This document shows, piece by piece, positions 57,846 to 64,000 of a stretch of DNA of 64,000 bases (within the stretch, counting starts at the first letter, position 1; the number at the start of each line of letters is the position of its first letter). The notes under the pieces are model-generated. The model made no database searches and had not been told where the DNA came from. It was given only the letters and a program-made list of their open reading frames with translations. The translations under genes were made by a program, and so were the position numbers. Location of the stretch: positions 1 to 64,000 of the forward strand of contig CBDBZY010000056.1 in the NCBI GenBank assembly GCA_965213685.1. The letters are read 5' to 3'. This DNA comes from a bacterium (GTDB taxonomy: Bacteria > UBA8248).

Positions 57846-58506
57846 CGGGAGTGTGGGTACTACACGTCATACACGTGCAACACAGATGGCTGGCCTTAAG
57901 TCTTCACAGTCACACAGCTTGGTAGCTTATAGCAGTGCTCATCTTCTTCAGTCAGCTCAGCTTCCTCTTTAGGACAAACGCTACCTCGATGGTAACTATT
58001 GAAACGGCGCTTGTCGCGCCTAGCAACAACAGCCCCAGATACACAGGGAAACACAAACTTTACTCTCCCTCTAATTGTGACCTCAAGCTTGTTTTCATTG
58101 TGCAGCCGCTCTTTATCACGGGGTATGCTAGCACCCTGCATATAAGTATTGCCCAGGTCACTCGCATCAACCCTCTACATTTGAAATTTTGGGTTTCACT
58201 TTCAAATACTACACCTAAGAATATCCAAGTGACAAACAGGCAAAAAAAGAGATTTATCAAAAATTGGTGAAAGTATATTGCATATGGTGTGAGATATTAG
58301 GAAAGTGTGATACTGTAATACTTCTTCAATATCGTTTGCACAAAGTTTAGTCTCCCTGCTGTGGCGTGCCACCTGTTGGAAATACAGTACCAGTATATGT
58401 ACACATAGTATTATTATTAGCAGTGTTAGCAATATATACATAGATTTACGTTTTGTACACTATTCTGCATATACGCATCCTTGCAAAATACTATCGGTAT
58501 GCTCAC

Positions 58507-58847
58507 CCTGTGTGTCAGCATAGGACTGTACATCAGACTGATAAGCATCATAGTACTGCATATTGCCATAGTGAGGTGGAGGTGATGGATGTGGTGCAAG
58601 ATGCTCTACATGTAGAATTGTATGTGGTTCTTCACGTATATATCTTTGCTAAATTGTATTGGCATTTTTCCTAACCCTGTGTGTCAGCATAGGACTGTAC
58701 ATCAGGATAGTCAAAGTCCTGCATGCTTCCTAGTTCACCTTGAGACATCTCTGCACGATCATCAAACTGCTCTGTGGCAAAATCGTCATACACAATTGGA
58801 ACACTCAGCACAGTCCCAACAGTGCAGAGGGTCAGGTAGGGCTTCAT
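58507..58847 (-). CDS. Secreted acidic propeptide gene, exons 58847-58676 and 58605-58507; the next exon (from 58372) is frameshifted or truncated
   Basis: MKPYLTLCTVGTVLSVPIVYDDFATEQFDD...VQSYADTQ|G and (E)HLAPHPSPPPHYGNMQYYDAYQSDVQSYADTQ|G, with GT-AG phase-1 introns. Paralogous to 63130-63210. Confidence 0.65.
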
Positions 58848-58940
58848 GATGACTGTGGTGGCTTCGTCAGGAGGTTGTTGATTGGAGATTTCGCTGGATG
58901 CTCCTGGAAGAACTAGTGCTGCACTGCTGAACCTTCAGCT

Positions 58941-58948
58941 TTTTTATA
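58941..58948 (-). promoter_or_regulatory. Candidate TATA box
   Basis: TATAAAAA on the minus strand about 95 nt upstream of the ATG at 58847. Confidence 0.5.
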
Positions 58949-59792
58949 GCCCATAAGTGGCCCTCCCATACCAAAACGTTGGATGAGGAAGTAGTGCATG
59001 CAATAGGTTTTCGTGTACGTGTCACATACTGTGTCGCACGTGCGTGACGTTAATTATCGTACTAGTTCGACATAATAGCAAAAATGGAAGTTTAATATTT
59101 AGCTAACGGTTAAACCGTTATATAACTGGACAGTTGTCGAAGAGCAGACTTGCTGCAAACCGCAATAGGGCTACTAGCCATCAGAACCCTGCATCGCCCG
59201 TGCAAGCAGTGCGCAATACGCTTGTTTACGCAATCAGCATTCTCTAATTGCGATTGCGTGGTAAACTTCGTGCCAAGTGCGCGCGCGACCGAGGAACAGG
59301 ACTGGGGGCCAGGAATCGCTCAGCCTGTGGGTCCACATGAAAGCTTACTTCTACCGCGCTCACGCCACCCACGCGCAAACGAACGCCCTCGTTTAGACCC
59401 ACGCATTTCCTGTAGTTGGTACCGCACGGTTTGAGTAATGTAATTGGAACAGTATAGACCTTTTGTGCTAAGAATGTGGTGTATCTACGGGAGAGTCTGA
59501 GTAAAGGGTTTGATGATTCAATATAGCTACTAGATTTCACTGTTACATGACAAAACTCACAAAAGAATGGTTGCATCGTGTATTGACCCCTCGGAAGTAA
59601 ACGAACCTCCCCTATATACTGGCTGTTGTAGCAACAGCAAGAAACAAAAGAAACACGAAGTCAGGATTTCGAGTATGTGTGGATATCTCATTGTTTGCGT
59701 ACGTGTGGTCTCTCGTCATTTGCTTACCTGTACATGCTCTGTGCGTGCCCGTACAACACACATATAAAGCAAGACTTCATGGGAACATTTAA

Positions 59793-60941
59793 GGGAGGGC
59801 GAGTCATGATTGCGTTCTTCCTCAATTACTCTACCGTCGCTTTCCTCCTACATTTACCAACGCTAAAACGACAGCAATTCGTTGGCGCGGTTGCAAATTC
59901 GCTGGGAAAAAATTCATACTTCCCGCTACCGTTGGACGTGCGGCGCTGTGTGGCGCCAACCGGTGAAGAGGTGGATGCTCGCCAAAGGGGAGTGAACTAG
60001 TTTATGCGCAATGGGTTGCTCGAGGCTTGGCTTGCTACTTTATGGCAGAATTTGCTACCGTTTTTCTAAATTCTGCAGAACGAAGAAAACGATTATATGT
60101 CTAGAAAGAAAGATTTAGCACGGATTTTAAAGCAAACTTAGATAGCCAACATGCTTAGTAATCATCCACCGAAGTTTCGTCTCTGCAGCATTAGCCGTTA
60201 TTGGCAAATGTTTTTTCTATAATTAGCGATATGCATATTGCGTAAATTTTAAAATTCTATGAACCGACATATCACGCAAAACTACGTTATTTCGCTAACA
60301 GGCATCATTAGGAGAATACAATAAAACATAATTCAGGCAAAATCATGTCTTAGGGTTGTCCTGCCTTAAGGGAGGGCGAGTCATGATTGCGTTCTTCGTC
60401 AAATACTCTACCGTCGCTTTCCCCCTACATTTACCAACGCTAAAACGGCAGCAATTCTTTGGCGCGGTTGCAAATTGGCTGGGAAAAAATTCATATTTCC
60501 CGCTACCGTTGGACGTGCGGTGCTGTGTGGCGCCAACCGGTGAGGAGGTGGATGCTCGCCAAAGGGAGTGAACTAGTTTATGCGCAATGAGTTGCTCGAG
60601 GCTTGGCTTGCTACTTTACGGCAGAATTTGCTACCGTTTTCTAAATTCTGCAGCACGAAGAAAACGATTATATGTCTAGAAAGAAAGATTTAGCACGGAT
60701 TTTTAAAGCAAACTTAGGTAGCCAACATGCTTAGTAATCATCCATCGAAGTTTCGTCTCTGCAGCATTAGCCGTTATTGGCAAATTTTTTTTCTATAATT
60801 AGCGATATGCATATTGCGTAAATTTTATAATTCTATGAACCGACATATCACGCAAAACTACTTAATTTCGCTAACAGGCATCATTAGGAGAATACAATGA
60901 AACATAAATCAGGCAAAATCATGTCTTAGGGTCGTCCTGCC
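59793..60941. mobile_element. Head-to-tail dimer of the Kolobok-like element (59793-60365, 60370-60941)
   Basis: TTAA at 59789-92, 60366-69 (shared) and 60942-45; both copies match 21613-22186 in reverse. Confidence 0.88.
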
Positions 60942-61312
60942 TTAACTATGTGCACTTTGTATTCCGTATATCCCATGGTCTCAATAATCGGTGTCAATTG
61001 TTGCGTACACTTTCAATATGCCTCTAGCTCTGGGGCTCTGGTGCATTTTGGAATGGCGTCGTTCTCGGATTCCATTTGCTCTGCCTGCTGTCGGTCTCTG
61101 CACAGTATTGGCAATAGGCGGGCACTTCATCGTTTAGACACAGTCCATGCCTGTGTGGAGTCTTGTATGTGTAAGTCGAACAGATACGGAGACTCACTAA
61201 CACCCATTTTCCTTCTATATAAGTTCTTGACGTCGTGTCTGGTGTGGTGTCATCTCTAAATAACCCAGAAATGCTGTAGAAAGGAGCCTGCATTTGCTGA
61301 AGCTACACCCAG

Positions 61313-61680
61313 CAGTGGCGGCTCCTGGGGGGTTTCTGGGGTTTCTAAAAATTGGCCGAACTTCGCTCGCCATTAACATCAAGCGCAGCGCTACGCGTGC
61401 GCATTGAATATTGGCGGTGAGAATGCAAGGTGACATTTGTACTGATTTTGTTTACACAACTGCTCAACATATGGCTCAAATTCAATCTCTGAAGGCCTAA
61501 TTTTCAAAAATTTCCTGGGGGGGCATGCCCTCAGACTCCCTAAGTAGTCTCGCGCGCGTCGCATACGTTTCGCAAATACGTATGGCTCGCGAGATTACCC
61601 CCCAAGTACTGCAGTGTTTCGTCTGCAGCAAATTCTTAGCCCTTAGAAACTACTCAACTTTTGTTCAGGAGCCGCCCCTG
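61313..61680. mobile_element. MITE with 5-bp TSD (CCCAG)
   Basis: CCCAG|CAGTGGCGGCTCCTG...CAGGAGCCGCCCCTG|CCCAG. Confidence 0.88.
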
Positions 61681-62305
61681 CCCAGAAATGTAAAAGGTAC
61701 GTACAATTATGTTAATTATGTGACTGTTGCAATCTCATTGGACTGCCATGAATTCCGGCAGGCGAAACGAAATCCTGGCCAGAGTGATCATGCAGAAATA
61801 ATTTCTTCCAGTGAAAATTACAGCTGGCTTGCGAGACTAAGTATAGCCTACATAAGGACGTAAAGTATACACTTCCGTTGAGAGATATCCGGTATTAGGG
61901 ATACGGTTACTTGTATGGTCTTGTATAACTTGTCCGCAATGCCTGCACACTGCCATTCCTACATTCTTATTTTATACTTTTGTAATATAGCTGGCACAAA
62001 AAGAACTCATTTTCTTGAACATTAATTTGCAGAGTGATGATACAGTGTTTGTCCCTCTCCTAAGTTGATCACAGTTGCTTATGATACTTGTCCACCCACT
62101 TCTTTGACGACATTATGTGGTTCTAGAAACGTTCATGGCCTAGTGGCACTTCTCTAGCACATGTACATACATACATGTGGGATATGCACTATGGACAGCA
62201 TTGGCACAGCTAACTAACATTGTAGATGACTGATTCTAGCCTGAGTACAGTTATTTTTGTCCAGTTTCACAATCCAATGTCCATTACAGTGTCTTCTTAG
62301 TGGCA

Positions 62306-63210
62306 TTATTTAAGTCTGATTTCGAAAACTTCTCCAGGACATTTGTCATAGGGTGGATGTATTCCTGGACAGCTATGGAGGATTGGAATACCAGCACCAG
62401 GTTTTAGGTATTGTTTTCCAACAGGATAGTAAAGGATGATAGTATCTTGATCTTGAATAATTTGCCCACTCTTTTACCTTCAGCATAGATATGGAATACT
62501 TCAGCTCCACAGTATATCCAGGAATCTGCTCTATGGAATCCATAGATCCTGTTTGGAAGACCAGGGCACTGGCTTTGTAGGTGTCCTCGGTTTCTGTACA
62601 TTGAGAACCATTTCCTGGCTCTGGGGAAGTAAATTGCGACATAATCTCCCACTTGAATGAAACCTGGTCCGTTGTTGTGGTAGATTTGAAACACATTTTC
62701 GGCACATGTTGTCCAGTCACTTGTGTCCATGATCATGCCAGGGCAAGTGCTTGTGGAGCAGTATCCTGATCCTGTTGGGGGACACCTCAGATAGCTGTTT
62801 TTGTCATATCGAATCACAACAGTTTTTCCATGCATCACACCTGGAGTGAAGAGAAAGTAGTATAAGTAAAAAATGGTGTGTTTCTGTTTACTAACTTGTT
62901 GGCCGCCGCCACCCAAAAAACTCAGCCTTGGCAAGCTTCTCTATTCCCTGTGGGCGTTTCTTCAGCTCTTCAATATCTTTCTCAGGAAGTTTTATCTCTC
63001 CTTCACGACCTATTGAAAATACAGGCTACTACCAGTATATGCATGGCAGTAATAACAATAATAGAAATACGTATTGTACACAGTTTTGCACATGCATGTA
63101 TCTTTGCAAAATACTACAGGTATGCTCACCCTGTGTGTCAGCATAGGAATGTGTGTCAGAGTGATAAGCATCATCGTACTGCATGTTGCCATAGCCAGGT
63201 AGCATTTCCC
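62306..63210 (-). CDS. Uncharacterised propeptide plus three-repeat Cys-containing domain; exons 63210-63130, 63009-62896, 62840-62306 (1-nt frameshift near 62465)
   Basis: Phase-1 GT-AG junctions: (G)EMLPGYGNMQYDDAYHSDTHSYADTQ; (G)REGEIKLPEKDIEELKKR...FFGWRRPT; then three repeats each ending CPG...C..(E/N)VF.I, the third (QIIQDQDTIILYYP...CPG...DKCPGEVFEIRLK*) in a shifted frame. Confidence 0.7.
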
Positions 63211-63369
63211 CTATATGAATTATGTATTGTGCATAATTCTTCACATATACATTTTTGTAAAAATTTTGTATCGGCATTCTCACTCATGGACACTGTGCAT
63301 GTACTATAGAGTAGTTCATGTGTTCCAGGTGAGTTGCTTTGCACTTTCATAGTATTGACATCCAATTAC

Positions 63370-63600
63370 CTGCGTGGCTGTAATATGTGATGAAGCCATC
63401 AACAGTTAGTTGGGAGACGTGGTGCTTCCTCATGGTCTGGCTGCTGAGTGTGATGGCTTTCTGGATGTGGGCCACTAGTGACTGAGGCACCAGCCAGGTA
63501 ATCACCACAGACCCCATTGTCACTTTCATCTGCATCGAGTATCAAGATGAAAGGTAAAATGTGAAAGCACTTTTATACTGTTTAAAAATTACTCCAGGTC
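63370..63600 (-). pseudogene. Decayed exon of an unrelated domain upstream of the three-repeat gene
   Basis: VTMGSVVITWLVPQSLVAHIQKAITLSSQTMRKHHVSQLTVDGF, then phase-1 donor CAG|GTAATT; the upstream part has stops and frameshifts. Confidence 0.45.
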
Positions 63601-64000
63601 TTCTAATACCTGAATGCGTTTACCACTCTTGCTGTGCTCTTTGGGTCTCATCTTTGTTTTTATCAGAAGGACCTACAGTCAGGAAAAATAATCTCATCGG
63701 CATATTTTATGTATAATCCCTAGAATGTGTGTGTGCATGTATACCTGAGTTTTCAGTGGGTGGCCTGGGTTTGACCACAGAGCCTTCACTCTCTTGGTCT
63801 GGTTCGAGAAAACATAGCTGCAAAATGATCACTAATAAAGTTGAGTTAATGTGATCACTATTCACATAGCATGAGCAGGATCAAAGGTACAACTGATGCT
63901 TTCTATTGTACAATGAAAGGTGCTTCCAGTACAATTGTATGTTTGCAGCCTGTATAGCCATATATTGCATGACTTACCATCATGACCTATCATCATGTGG

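Noticed and set aside
60948-61259. Cys-rich ORF MASFSDSICSACCRSL..., possible transposon Zn-binding domain
   Set aside because: Short, sandwiched between insertions and not assignable without a search.
63624-63817. Possible small minus-strand exons (63817-63745 and from 63672)
   Set aside because: Splice sites are plausible, but the second runs into a stop and the upstream context is outside the window.

Overview
Eukaryotic (intron-containing, ~40% GC) and very repeat-dense window; domain and repeat types suggest an early-branching animal such as a demosponge (inference only). The main intact gene is a GVIN1/VLIG-type very large GTPase. Its 7.3-kb terminal exon (36851-44190) carries a MACPF-like signature and can be spliced through phase-1 junctions to a death-fold/CARD-like first exon 17 kb upstream and a tandemly duplicated Ser/Thr linker exon. 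Other genes: the last two exons of a PIPOX/sarcosine oxidase gene with an orphan duplicate last exon 50 kb away, and a pair of minus-strand secreted-propeptide paralogues, one ending in a three-repeat Cys-containing domain. Mobile DNA includes a decayed RTE-type LINE, nested Helentron derivatives encoding 23-aa STPR-like repeats plus DUF6570, and a hAT relic. Also present are Kolobok-like TTAA elements, several MITEs (one carrying a decayed HIRAN-like domain), tRNA-derived SINEs and an intact-looking type I hammerhead ribozyme. About ten copies or fragments belong to an unusual A|TC...CTTG|T family whose 3' end is a ~150-bp-arm foldback with copy-specific, mutually homogenised arms. All calls are by eye; no searches were run.
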